This document shows, in pieces, positions 54,117 to 63,717 of a stretch of 64,000 bases of DNA. The position numbers and the translations under genes are program-made. The notes beneath the pieces were generated by a model. The model was not told the origin of the DNA and searched no databases. It saw only the letters and a program-made list of their open reading frames with translations. The DNA is from a virus, in IMG/VR virus record IMGVR_UViG_3300017782_000001, one strand, 5' to 3'. The first letter of the stretch is position 1. Every line of letters begins with the position of its first letter.

Positions 54117-55838
54117 CTACGCTACGTTACCAGCAATTTCTTCAAAGTCAACACCGGTTCTTACTGCAACAAAGTTCAGAGTAACAAAGTTAATTGAACG
54201 TGCAGGTTTGATAAGGATATTGGCAATGAACTCGTTACGATCAATTACGGCCGCAGTGTTGTTTGTGTCATCACAAATGACTCTAAAGTCTGTGATACCA
54301 CGTCTACCTTTAATTTCTCTTAGGAAAGGTTCAACAATGCCTACAAATTCTGATCTCGTAAATTCATCGTTAAATTCAAACATAACGTTACGAGCAGCAA
54401 TTGCAATAGCTCTTTCAATGACAAGGAACAATCTACGAACGTTAATTCTGTCAAAGGCAGAAGGTCTGTTCATTTTTGTCTTATCACCGAAAAGCAACAA
54501 TCCTTGACCAGGAATATTTGCGATAGGGTTAACACTTTCTCTATACAAAGTATCTCTTTGAGATTTTGTAGGAGAACGGAATGCGTTAACAACCCCAAGG
54601 TATCTGCCTCTCCGCGGGCCCGCTGGTGAGAACCAAGGTGCTGCTACAAAATCTGTGGCAGCCATTAGGCCTGCAGTGGATGATGCCGATGGAATATCAA
54701 TGTATTGATCATTGAATTTATCGTAAATTCTAAAATAGTTGTTATCTACAAATAGGTAGCTTGAGGTTGTGAAACCTTTAGCTGTAGTAACAATTTCAGT
54801 AATAAAGTTTTTGTTAGTAACAGCATTCTTATTAGGTGATGCTACTACAACACAATCTTTACGTGCTTCTGCAATTGAAACCAGATCGTTAACAACTGCA
54901 GTATGATCTGTTCTACCAGCAACGTCTGGAGCAATAATCATATCTACTTGAATATTATCTTTATCCTCAAATTCGTCGAAGCCTCTTAAGATTCTTCCAA
55001 CTTTACCAGCTGTTGCTGATGCCGCACCATTTGCAAGGTTATATGTTTTAACCGCAGGAGCAGCAAGTGCAAAGCTCGTACCAGAATCGGCGTCATCGCC
55101 TGCGTTAGCAGTATCGAATGCCGAATCAAATGTTGACAAAAATACATAACCTGATCTTTGGTTCAATACATCTTTAATGTATATGCTAGAACCATCAGGT
55201 GATTTTGCATTTTGTGCAAGTGATACGAAAGGAAATGTTTCTAGTACATTTCCGACTGTGCCAGTAAATTTGCCGAGTCTATCAATAATTGCTACATGAA
55301 CCTCATCGTGAGTTGAGTTTCTCTTAGTAGCAAATTCTGATGTTGCAGGAGCAGCATCGAAGTTAGCTTTAAGAGTCCAGTTATCAAACGCAGAGTCATT
55401 TGATTGTCTTGGACAAATTTGGATTTGAATTCCGTTACCTAGATCGCCAGGATATTTTGCGATAAAATCAAAACCATCTGATTCTAATTTACCTACTTGG
55501 CCATCAAAGTTTTCTATTGATTTAATTACAGGCGAGGCTGGACCACCAACACCACCGGTGAATGAATTAACACCGTTTGAGTCAATGATTCGCACAACTT
55601 GAAGTGAGTTACCATACTTTAAGAAGTATGCTGCACTGTGAAAGTCGACTGAATTATATGTTTCGGGTGCGCCAAATTCGCTTACAAGAGTTGCCTCATT
55701 GTCAATCTTGCGCGGAGTATGGACAGGACCCCAGCTAAAGTTCCCAACAATCGCACCAGTAGAACTAGATACTGAAGGAACTACACCCGACAGGTCAACT
55801 TCTCTGACTACAATTGAGGGAGATTCTGAAAAAGCCAT
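54117..55838 (-). CDS. gp18: Tail sheath protein
   Basis: WGP, PWFSPAG..RG, FDRINVRRLF, KPARSINF; late promoter at 55901-55908. Confidence 0.96.
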   Translation of the reverse strand: MAFSESPSIVVREVDLSGVVPSVSSSTGAIVGNFSWGPVHTPRKIDNEATLVSEFGAPETYNSVDFHSAAYFLKYGNSLQVVRIIDSNGVNSFTGGVGGPASPVIKSIENFDGQVGKLESDGFDFIAKYPGDLGNGIQIQICPRQSNDSAFDNWTLKANFDAAPATSEFATKRNSTHDEVHVAIIDRLGKFTGTVGNVLETFPFVSLAQNAKSPDGSSIYIKDVLNQRSGYVFLSTFDSAFDTANAGDDADSGTSFALAAPAVKTYNLANGAASATAGKVGRILRGFDEFEDKDNIQVDMIIAPDVAGRTDHTAVVNDLVSIAEARKDCVVVASPNKNAVTNKNFITEIVTTAKGFTTSSYLFVDNNYFRIYDKFNDQYIDIPSASSTAGLMAATDFVAAPWFSPAGPRRGRYLGVVNAFRSPTKSQRDTLYRESVNPIANIPGQGLLLFGDKTKMNRPSAFDRINVRRLFLVIERAIAIAARNVMFEFNDEFTRSEFVGIVEPFLREIKGRRGITDFRVICDDTNNTAAVIDRNEFIANILIKPARSINFVTLNFVAVRTGVDFEEIAGNVA

Positions 55839-55911
55839 TTGTTTCTTCCTCTCATTTGTTTTATAAGTCTACATAATACGATTTAGATTTCACTTAATTC
55901 TATTTATAAAA

Positions 55912-57519
55912 TTAGAAATCTTGGTGGCTTTCATCAATAGACCACGTCTCGCCTCTAATTTCTTGTTCTGTTAGTTCTCTTACTTCGCCATTATCAATAA
56001 AACCAAAAGGCACAATGTCTTCTTCAATTTCTTTCATTCTTTGTTTATAAATCATTTCTTTTAGATTAATATCAGTCATATCCATAAAGTATGCAGTTGT
56101 TGCAAAATAAGCAAACAAAACTATATTCATCATTAAATCATCATGGTTACCATCTTCAGCTTCAAACGATATACCTTTTGCTACAAATGTAGAAATTTCT
56201 TTAATTGTTTCTTCGTCTACGATACTTAGTTTATTATTTTCAAGTAAATCTTTTGCAGCAGAACATCCTAGTCTTTTAACCTTACGGCCCATTTCAATAC
56301 CAAACGCATTTGATTTAACACTAGATTCCGTATGCATATTTTCATATTCTAAATCGTGATACAAACCTGTACAAACAACCATTCCTTGATCGTTATTTTC
56401 AATTACTACATAGGCGTTGTTGTAGGCGACTGCCCATTTATAAATAATATTGGGGAAGAGTAATGGAGAGATAGTGTTATTGCGATATACAGCAACCTGT
56501 GCAAACGGGCGAACGCTAATATCGATCAAATTGAATGTAGAATAGTCCTGACCTCTTCCCTTCGCAACATCTACAACCATAACATAATCGTGTTTTTCAA
56601 TACACTTTTTGTATATTGTTACGTCGCCGTTTTCTTCTATACATAAAGGTCGACTAGCTCTTAGTGATAATAAAGTTTCAGAATTAATAAGAGTATTACC
56701 AGTACCAAAAAACGTATTCCCAAATTCTTGATCGAACTGTACTTGACTGGTATTTGCAATTGTTTGCTCTTTCCAAGTTTGATCACGCCCAGGAACATCC
56801 CACCAATCTACTCGAAACGAAGAAAACTCATTGGTCTCCTGTTGAGAACCTTCCCAAATCTTATGAAATTGATTTCCAAGACCATTTGCAGTAGAAGTAA
56901 TAATCACCTTTGTGTTTTTACCTGATGAAATAACAGGATAAGTTGAAGTATAAAATTCAGAAGCGCGCTCAACAAATGCAAACTCATCAAGATAAAGAAG
57001 ATTAACTGAGAGACCACGAATAGAGCTACCAGTTGTTGCGCTAGCAATAATTCTAGAGTTATTAGAAAAATCTACATTTTGTTTGTTTAGTGCTTTACAC
57101 CCAGGCTGTAAGAAAAAAGGAATATTTTCTAGCATTAAAGTTATACGCGATAGCATTTCTTTTGCTGTCGCACCTTTATTAGCTAATATAGCAATAGTTT
57201 GTTCAGGATTAAATAGTGCATACCAAAGCAAATAAGCACACACTGAAATAGATTTGCCTGATTGTCTACATGCAAGAACAATATTAAATCTATGGTTATC
57301 AAAATGTGAAAACATTTTTTCTTGATACGCGTATGGGACAAAGTCAACCAAGCCTTCATCAAGAGAAATAACTTTTACATATGTTGAAACAAAATATACG
57401 GGATCTTTACTACACTTAACGTATTCTGCAACTTCTTCTTTAGCAAAATTGTGCTCAACGCCATCCCTTTTAACGTTGGGATTACCTAGGTAGTTTTCCG
57501 GACTTAGCGCCTGCGTCAT
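55912..57519 (-). CDS. gp17: Terminase large subunit
   Basis: RQSGKS, YLDEFAF, TSTANG, DVAKG, HDDL. Confidence 0.97.
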   Translation of the reverse strand: MTQALSPENYLGNPNVKRDGVEHNFAKEEVAEYVKCSKDPVYFVSTYVKVISLDEGLVDFVPYAYQEKMFSHFDNHRFNIVLACRQSGKSISVCAYLLWYALFNPEQTIAILANKGATAKEMLSRITLMLENIPFFLQPGCKALNKQNVDFSNNSRIIASATTGSSIRGLSVNLLYLDEFAFVERASEFYTSTYPVISSGKNTKVIITSTANGLGNQFHKIWEGSQQETNEFSSFRVDWWDVPGRDQTWKEQTIANTSQVQFDQEFGNTFFGTGNTLINSETLLSLRASRPLCIEENGDVTIYKKCIEKHDYVMVVDVAKGRGQDYSTFNLIDISVRPFAQVAVYRNNTISPLLFPNIIYKWAVAYNNAYVVIENNDQGMVVCTGLYHDLEYENMHTESSVKSNAFGIEMGRKVKRLGCSAAKDLLENNKLSIVDEETIKEISTFVAKGISFEAEDGNHDDLMMNIVLFAYFATTAYFMDMTDINLKEMIYKQRMKEIEEDIVPFGFIDNGEVRELTEQEIRGETWSIDESHQDF

Positions 57520-57850
57520 GTTCTATCACTTCACCTTTATCTGCATCTTTTAACATTTTCTGTAACTCTGAAGTAGATCCTATAAAGAAATTGTTTTGTT
57601 GGTTTTCAACCTTTTTCTTTTCAGTCTGAGTAAGTTCTTTCATTTTTTTGTTTAGGTCCATCAACTTATCATTAGTATCTGAAACCTGTTTAAGCATTCC
57701 TGCAAGAACTTCAATTGCTCTAGGATGTTCAGTTTCTTCAGCAATTCTTTGAGCTAATTGTAAGCTTTCTTTTCCTTGTTCAATAAGCTCGTAATATGTA
57801 TTTCTTGAATAATCATAATCGCCTTTTACATCGTCATTTGAATCTGTCAT
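57482..57850 (-). CDS. gp16: Terminase small subunit
   Basis: DYDYSR, HPRAIEV, FIGSTSELQK. Confidence 0.92.
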   Translation of the reverse strand: MTDSNDDVKGDYDYSRNTYYELIEQGKESLQLAQRIAEETEHPRAIEVLAGMLKQVSDTNDKLMDLNKKMKELTQTEKKKVENQQNNFFIGSTSELQKMLKDADKGEVIEHDAGAKSGKLPR

Positions 57851-58647
57851 TAAATCACCCCGGCATCACTATCTGCCGCTAATATAAATGTTTCTGTAAA
57901 TCCAAAATCGCTATCAGGAGAAACGCTTAGCGGGTTTGGAACTAAATTAATTCTTTCTAGCGGAACATCAGAATCACCTGTTAATCCGCTATTCATAATA
58001 AGTGTGTTAGCATTAACCTCACGAATGATAGAGCCTTCATCAATCTTACCATGAAAGTAAATGTGCATATCAAAGGTTAGTGTATATTGTATTGTACGTC
58101 TTGTTCCTTGCTCACCTTCATAGTCGTCATTAAAGTTTACACCAGTTAATATAATAGGAACGTCTTCTGTTATATTATCAAATTCATTAAATGGTTTAAT
58201 TGTGAGAGTATATTGAGGAGCAAAATAAGGAATAATCTGTTCTACAATTTGCAATGCATCGTCTTGATTTTTTGCGTATATTGTTAAAGCAAAATTCATA
58301 ATATACGGCACACCGCTTCTAAATTTATTTCTTACATTATTAGTACTGCCTGATCTATTTTGATCATTAAGCTTTGGTAGTTGTCTCATCGTGTCATAAG
58401 AAATTCCTTCTATTTCAAAAGAAAGTCTTGGTAGTTTAATAGCAACTTTATCGTTATTAACTAAATCTGCAACTTCTCTTATTCTTTCAAGAAACTTCGC
58501 GCGCGGCCCGTACGAAAGCGGAACTTTCATTTGTGTTGCGCCTTGAGTTGAACTACTTTTTCTGAGTATATAAATGTCGTTAAACATTTTACCAAATGTA
58601 GAAACTGCTTTTTTTATTCTTTCGTGATAAAAATAATTTCCAAACAT
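57850..58647 (-). CDS. gp15: Tail sheath stabiliser / completion protein
   Basis: YFYH, VPLSYGP..KFL, LPRLSFE, QIVEQI.PYF.P. Confidence 0.93.
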   Translation of the reverse strand: MFGNYFYHERIKKAVSTFGKMFNDIYILRKSSSTQGATQMKVPLSYGPRAKFLERIREVADLVNNDKVAIKLPRLSFEIEGISYDTMRQLPKLNDQNRSGSTNNVRNKFRSGVPYIMNFALTIYAKNQDDALQIVEQIIPYFAPQYTLTIKPFNEFDNITEDVPIILTGVNFNDDYEGEQGTRRTIQYTLTFDMHIYFHGKIDEGSIIREVNANTLIMNSGLTGDSDVPLERINLVPNPLSVSPDSDFGFTETFILAADSDAGVI

Positions 58648-58913
58648 TATAAACCCTTATAGATTTCTTGTAATTTATCTTCGAACTGTTCAACCTTAGC
58701 TAATCTATTTGGCCAAAGAATATAATCTTTTTCTGGATTCGCTTTGAGATTATTTAACAATGGTGTAATAGCGTTATATAATCTATCAAGTTTGTCTTGA
58801 GAAGTTCTAGCTTCAACTGCAGTATCACCTACAGCTTTTTGTGCATCTTGTACCGCAGTCAGTTCATCTTCATTAACTGCAGTAAAACCGAAATCAAACA
58901 TATCATCATTCAT
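58647..58913 (-). CDS. Hypothetical protein
   Basis: FDFGF...NLK.NPEKDYI.WPNR; coupled between gp14 and gp15. Confidence 0.7.
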   Translation of the reverse strand: MNDDMFDFGFTAVNEDELTAVQDAQKAVGDTAVEARTSQDKLDRLYNAITPLLNNLKANPEKDYILWPNRLAKVEQFEDKLQEIYKGL

Positions 58914-60031
58914 TATTCAGGATCTCCAAACGGGTTATTTTCAGAAAAATCAATAATGTTTGAAGTAAAGTCATCAAAATCTAAATTATCTTCTGTATCT
59001 GATTGATTCATTAATTCAGAAACTGATTTTACACTTGATACCGCAAATGATGTTCCACCAGTTACGTCAATATCTTTAACAAACGTATGGAACTTACCGT
59101 CATTAGCTCCAACGTGTGTAACATAGAGCGCAGCGTCAGAATCAACTTGTTTGACAAGTTCTCCAGTAACTTTAACACCAGAAGCTAATGTTTGTTCAAC
59201 AGTTTCTCCTCTTTCAAATTCTACTGATGCCGGAGCTTCTATAGAAATAGTAGGGGCAGTTGTATAGCCAGTTCCTCCTGAAGATAATGTTAAAGTTGTA
59301 ACTTTACCGCCAGAAACCTGAGCTGTGCCTGTAGCAGTAGTTCCACTATCTGGAGATGAGAACGTAATATCTGGGAATGTTTCTTTATAACCATCACCGC
59401 CGTTTACTAATGAAATCGAGCTGACTACTCCATTTGAATCAATTAAAGATGAAGCAGTTGCAGTTTCAGGTTTTGTGTAAAAAATTACATATTGATATGT
59501 GTTATCAACTTCAATATTATCGATATCAATAACACCTGTGTCAAGATCTTCGCCGCTATATTCGAATAAAGCTGCTCTACATTTGAATGTAGGTATGTTT
59601 GATATTTGATAAAAAGGTTGTTCATTTTCAACGTGATTAATTTCAAACAATGATTTAGAAAGAGGAAGATAAATCAAATCACCTTCTCTTGGTCTTTCAC
59701 CAGTAATGTCATTATCATATTGTACTGCAGTGTGAATAAATCTTTTACGCGAAATAATGAACGTAGCTTCATCTCTAATTTCAACACCAAACTTAGTGAA
59801 CAAATCTCCTTCACCTTCAAAACCTTCAGTGTTTTCAATGTACATTTCTACTTTATACGCAGTGCCATACCTTGAAGCAGGATCTTCATTAAGAATCGTA
59901 TCTTCATTGACAATTTCTCTTGGAATGTAATAAACATCCTGTCCATACATTTTAAGAGATTCAATTACGATATCTTCGTAAAGCCTCTGCTCAGAAGTTA
60001 CCTTCTGACTAAAGTAGCGATTAGTAGCCAT
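58913..60031 (-). CDS. gp14: Neck protein with inserted beta-rich domain
   Basis: YG.DVYYIPR, KFG, RPREGDLIY.P, PFYQ, DFSE.NPFG; insertion with GG.GY...P.I repeats. Confidence 0.93.
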   Translation of the reverse strand: MATNRYFSQKVTSEQRLYEDIVIESLKMYGQDVYYIPREIVNEDTILNEDPASRYGTAYKVEMYIENTEGFEGEGDLFTKFGVEIRDEATFIISRKRFIHTAVQYDNDITGERPREGDLIYLPLSKSLFEINHVENEQPFYQISNIPTFKCRAALFEYSGEDLDTGVIDIDNIEVDNTYQYVIFYTKPETATASSLIDSNGVVSSISLVNGGDGYKETFPDITFSSPDSGTTATGTAQVSGGKVTTLTLSSGGTGYTTAPTISIEAPASVEFERGETVEQTLASGVKVTGELVKQVDSDAALYVTHVGANDGKFHTFVKDIDVTGGTSFAVSSVKSVSELMNQSDTEDNLDFDDFTSNIIDFSENNPFGDPE

Positions 60032-60035
60032 TCAA

Positions 60036-60791
60036 TCATCCTATAAAGAAATCTGCTGGAAGCTCTTGCTCTAGCCTAATTCTTTCCATAAGTTTTTCTA
60101 TTTCAGCTGTAGCATCTTCATAAAGCTGACGTCCATTTAACATAACACCACCGGGCAGCTGCATTCCTTCAAACTTAATAAGGTTAGCGCCCCACTGTTG
60201 TTTAATAAGTTGTGTAGTATATTCCTTTAGCCACATGTCGTTATATACACCTGTATGTGTATTAGGATCAACGATTTGATACACTTCTGCAATAACGTAT
60301 TCACCTGCTTTAATATCCTTATCTTCAAAATCTCCATGAATAAGCAATCTATTTTGAAGTCTTGAAAATGTTACCTGAGGTGTTCCGTTTAGCTTCATAT
60401 CCAGCAAAGATAAATACTGTTGCATCTGCTCATAATAACCTAAGTCACCAGCAAAATTTTGCAAATCTGCTATATCATTAAGCATCATTTGATACTTTAA
60501 GCCAAACATATTAGTTGACGAATTTAATGAAGAAGAAATAGGGAAAAGTTTAGATACATATATAATATTGTCTGAAATAGGAATATATTTGTTAGTGACA
60601 TCTGTTGCAGTTACTTGGTGCTTCAAATAAGTTTTAAGTGTTGCGTCTGAATGAAACTCCTGATAAACTTGTAGGGCTTCATCAACGCGGTCTTCAAGTT
60701 GATCTGGATCAACATTAACCTCGATGACAGGATCGCCAAGCTTCCTCAGGCAATAGTCTATCAAACCTTGTCGTGTTGATGGGTTTGCCAT
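60036..60791 (-). CDS. gp13: Neck protein
   Basis: YCLRKLG.PVIEVNV, WLKEY...IK.QWG.NL.KF, LPGG; late promoter at 60828-60835. Confidence 0.95.
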   Translation of the reverse strand: MANPSTRQGLIDYCLRKLGDPVIEVNVDPDQLEDRVDEALQVYQEFHSDATLKTYLKHQVTATDVTNKYIPISDNIIYVSKLFPISSSLNSSTNMFGLKYQMMLNDIADLQNFAGDLGYYEQMQQYLSLLDMKLNGTPQVTFSRLQNRLLIHGDFEDKDIKAGEYVIAEVYQIVDPNTHTGVYNDMWLKEYTTQLIKQQWGANLIKFEGMQLPGGVMLNGRQLYEDATAEIEKLMERIRLEQELPADFFIG

Positions 60792-60835
60792 GATTTTTTC
60801 CTGTACAAAATACGTTATCTATGGTACTATTTATA

Positions 60836-61246
60836 ATGAAAACAATATTCACCAACGGCTGCTTTGACATCTTACACGCTGGCCACGTAAATTATCTTCA
60901 ACAATCTAGAGCTTTAGGCGATAGGTTAATTGTCGGGCTAAATTCTGATAAAAGCCTGTACAATCTAAAGAATAGATGTTATAATATAGATATAGATCGA
61001 AAACAAGTATTAGAAGCTTTATCTTGTGTAGATGAAGTTATTATTTTCGATGAAGAAACTCCTTGGAATTTAATTAAGGAAGTAAAGCCCGATATCATTA
61101 CTAAAGGTGGTGATTATAACCTAGATCAGGTAGTCGGCAAAGAATTAGCAGAAGTACGTATTATTCCAGCCTTACGCGATAGATCTACTTCTCGACTTAT
61201 ACGAAGGATTAAAGATGGCAACTCAGTTATCTGGCCAAGTGAATAA
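60836..61246 (+). CDS. D-glycero-D-manno-heptose 1-phosphate adenylyltransferase (HldE domain II)
   Basis: FTNGCFDILHAGH, VGLNSD, KGGDY, STS. Confidence 0.9.
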   Translation: MKTIFTNGCFDILHAGHVNYLQQSRALGDRLIVGLNSDKSLYNLKNRCYNIDIDRKQVLEALSCVDEVIIFDEETPWNLIKEVKPDIITKGGDYNLDQVVGKELAEVRIIPALRDRSTSRLIRRIKDGNSVIWPSE

Positions 61247-61586
61247 AGGGTGGGGAAGTGAACTCATTTTTGCCACTAATGATATGTACTGCGGTAAACT
61301 ATTAAGGTTTAACCAGCAAAAAAGCTTTTCAATGCATTTACATAAAGAGAAGCATGAAACTTGGCATATACTTGAAGGGCAATTTAGGCTAGAAACAATC
61401 AATACTATTGATGCTTCTAGAAACATTGAGATTTTAGAAACCGGAGATACAAAAGTTATTCCGCCTATGTTACCACATAAACTAACATGCATTTCTAACG
61501 TTGGTATTATTATTGAAGTCTCGACACCAGATTCAGTCGAGGATAACTATAGAGTTGAACCTGGAGATAGTCAAATTGAGAAGTAA
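61215..61586 (+). CDS. Cupin (sugar isomerase-like)
   Basis: KGWG.E, YCGK, SMH.H..KHETW, EVST.D..EDNYR. Confidence 0.8.
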   Translation: MATQLSGQVNKGWGSELIFATNDMYCGKLLRFNQQKSFSMHLHKEKHETWHILEGQFRLETINTIDASRNIEILETGDTKVIPPMLPHKLTCISNVGIIIEVSTPDSVEDNYRVEPGDSQIEK

Positions 61587-62481
61587 AAGAATATGGGGTA
61601 TGGCAGGTCATGGTCATGATGCTAGCATTACTGTTTGGTATGACACAGACGTAATGGTTGAGCACTATACTTCTGAGCCTTATCATAAATATGAAGATGT
61701 AGAGTCGTTAAAGAAAAAGTTTGGTGCACCTGATTTAGTTGTATGGTACGAAAATCCTTATCTAAAATCTATTAGACAATGGTGGGCTGGCCAAAAAAAT
61801 CCTTTTCAAAGAAATAATGTTAGAAAAATTTTAGACGATTTAGGACTTGATCGTACTCGCTGGACATGGGTTGGCCACCACGAAGCTCACGCATCTTGGG
61901 CACTTAAATCACCTTTTGATAAAGCCTTGGTTTTTGTAATTGATTCTATTGGCGAATGGGATTGTACTTCAGTATGGAAGTATGACGGCGATCTTACAAA
62001 AAAAGCTTCAATTAGATATCCAGATAGCATAGGTTTATTTTATAGCTCAATGGTTAAAGAAGCAAAGCTTGTGCCACAAAAAGATGAAGCTCATTTTGAA
62101 TCACTAGCAGTAACACCAAGCCCGGCAATTAAAAATAAAATTAAAAGTGATCTTGTCCTTAGTGCTGGTTGGCAACCAAGATTCAGTAGAAATATGCATA
62201 GAGGATTAGGTGGGATATATGAAAATTTTAGAGCAGAAGACTTAGCATCTGCAACTCAAGAAATATTTGAAGAACTTATAGTTAATATGATTGAGCATTG
62301 GGTCAAAAAAACTGGTATTAAAAATATCATTTTAACAGGAGGATGCGCATATAATAAAAAAATTAGAAGTAAAATACCGTATACGCTATGGGTTCCACCA
62401 CGGCCACATGATGGAGGCTCAGCTTATAGTTGTGTGCTAGCTCATAACCGGACAGCACTTATAGATTCATTGAATACGTAG
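61576..62481 (+). CDS. Carbamoyltransferase NodU/CmcH-like, N-terminal Kae1-like domain only
   Basis: GHDAS, HHEAHA, DSIGE, SIGLFYS, GGCAYN, P.P.DGGS; TTG start after GGAG. Confidence 0.75.
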   Translation: MRSKRIWGMAGHGHDASITVWYDTDVMVEHYTSEPYHKYEDVESLKKKFGAPDLVVWYENPYLKSIRQWWAGQKNPFQRNNVRKILDDLGLDRTRWTWVGHHEAHASWALKSPFDKALVFVIDSIGEWDCTSVWKYDGDLTKKASIRYPDSIGLFYSSMVKEAKLVPQKDEAHFESLAVTPSPAIKNKIKSDLVLSAGWQPRFSRNMHRGLGGIYENFRAEDLASATQEIFEELIVNMIEHWVKKTGIKNIILTGGCAYNKKIRSKIPYTLWVPPRPHDGGSAYSCVLAHNRTALIDSLNT

Positions 62482-63148
62482 GTTTAGTTTTTTGCCAAGC
62501 TTCTGTAATAGGCCAAAGACAATCATCAATATATTGTTCAACCACTTCTTTTTCAATACCTAATGATTCCATTACGCGTGGGGTATGTGGATTTTGTCTT
62601 TGATTATAAACGTACCATGATTGGTTTGATGAGAAATCTTTAGAAGTTCTTTTTCCAATATGAGACAAGTGCATTTTTAGATTTTTAATTGCTAAGCTTA
62701 ATATTTGATCAACTTCAGCGTCTGTATTTACATTACCTGCAGCAATCATATGTGGACTAAAAATATTTTTTGCCCAGTCTGGAAGTTCTCTTTTCTTTGA
62801 TGGAATAAACTCCTTTACATTCTCTCCAAACTGTGTTATAATAGTACTATTATGGTCCATAGGAGAAAAGTCATGAAAAGCTCCAGTAACTTTCTTAGGA
62901 CCTGATATAATATCGAACCCGTAAATAGGAGAAGGATCATTAAAATGCGGATAAACTACTAAGTGTAACATCCATAGTTTTCGTGTTTCTGTAACATCAA
63001 TAATGTCTAAGTCAGCTCTTCTAAACTTTTCACATGGACCATACGATAAAGCAGGCCAAGGGAATTTATGAGTATGCTTTAGATCAGTGGTATCTTCTAA
63101 TATTTCTTGAAGATCATTGCTAGCTGATATTAACTTCTGAAACATCAT
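62459..63148 (-). CDS. pcyX: Ferredoxin-dependent bilin reductase, PcyX/PcyA-like
   Basis: FRRA.L, MLH...YP, PIYGFD, GAFHDFSP, RELPDWA..IFS, Q..Y...Q..NPHT; adjacent to heme oxygenase. Confidence 0.8.
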   Translation of the reverse strand: MMFQKLISASNDLQEILEDTTDLKHTHKFPWPALSYGPCEKFRRADLDIIDVTETRKLWMLHLVVYPHFNDPSPIYGFDIISGPKKVTGAFHDFSPMDHNSTIITQFGENVKEFIPSKKRELPDWAKNIFSPHMIAAGNVNTDAEVDQILSLAIKNLKMHLSHIGKRTSKDFSSNQSWYVYNQRQNPHTPRVMESLGIEKEVVEQYIDDCLWPITEAWQKTKPTYSMNL

Positions 63149-63707
63149 AGTATTCTTCTAGCTCCTTAAATAAATTGATTGCAAATTGAAAACAAGTTTT
63201 AGCTTCATCAGCCATATCATCAGACAAATCTTCTCTAATGCTAGTAATTAATTCTTTTTTATTTTCGAAATTATACATAGTTGACCAAGAATTAGGATCA
63301 GGGTTTTTTCCCATCCAGTCTATATTTTGTGGAGAAGGAATAGCTTTTGAAATCATTTGACCACCATACATATCCCCAAAATGTCTAACATATATGTGTG
63401 CCAATACTTGCTTTCTTTTCATTTTACTACAATACTTAATGTACTTATTAACAGAAGGAAAAATCTTAGGTGAGAAATCATAAAAGCTTCGATCATGCGC
63501 AATATTCATTGCGCGCTCCAGACCAGGAAGTTCTTCCAAAATACCAAAATGATCAGCCCTGTCTTCTAAAGCAAGATAACAAGCAACTTGATTATTTAGG
63601 TATAGAGCATATTGCTCTGCTGTCATTTTATGAGACACCAGAAGCTTTGCCCACGGCATGTTCTCCGCTTCAAGGTGAATATCTTTTGTCAATTCTTTAA
63701 GGGACAT
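63120..63707 (-). CDS. hemO: Heme oxygenase
   Basis: LKELT...H..AE, Y.ALE, LER...I..D, AH.YVRHFGD..GGQ; start adjusted to MSLKE. Confidence 0.9.
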   Translation of the reverse strand: MSLKELTKDIHLEAENMPWAKLLVSHKMTAEQYALYLNNQVACYLALEDRADHFGILEELPGLERAMNIAHDRSFYDFSPKIFPSVNKYIKYCSKMKRKQVLAHIYVRHFGDMYGGQMISKAIPSPQNIDWMGKNPDPNSWSTMYNFENKKELITSIREDLSDDMADEAKTCFQFAINLFKELEEYYDVSEVNIS

Positions 63708-63717
63708 ATATAACTCC

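Noticed and set aside
34790-57519. Introns, inteins or homing endonucleases in gp43, gp46, gp20 or gp17
   Set aside because: All ORFs are continuous and of ordinary length; no LAGLIDADG, HNH or GIY-YIG motifs noticed
62459-63707. Cyanophage assignment based on heme oxygenase plus bilin reductase
   Set aside because: No psbA/hli/cpeT in the window; the tmRNA, msmA and ROSE element point to Alphaproteobacteria, though the rest of the genome is unseen
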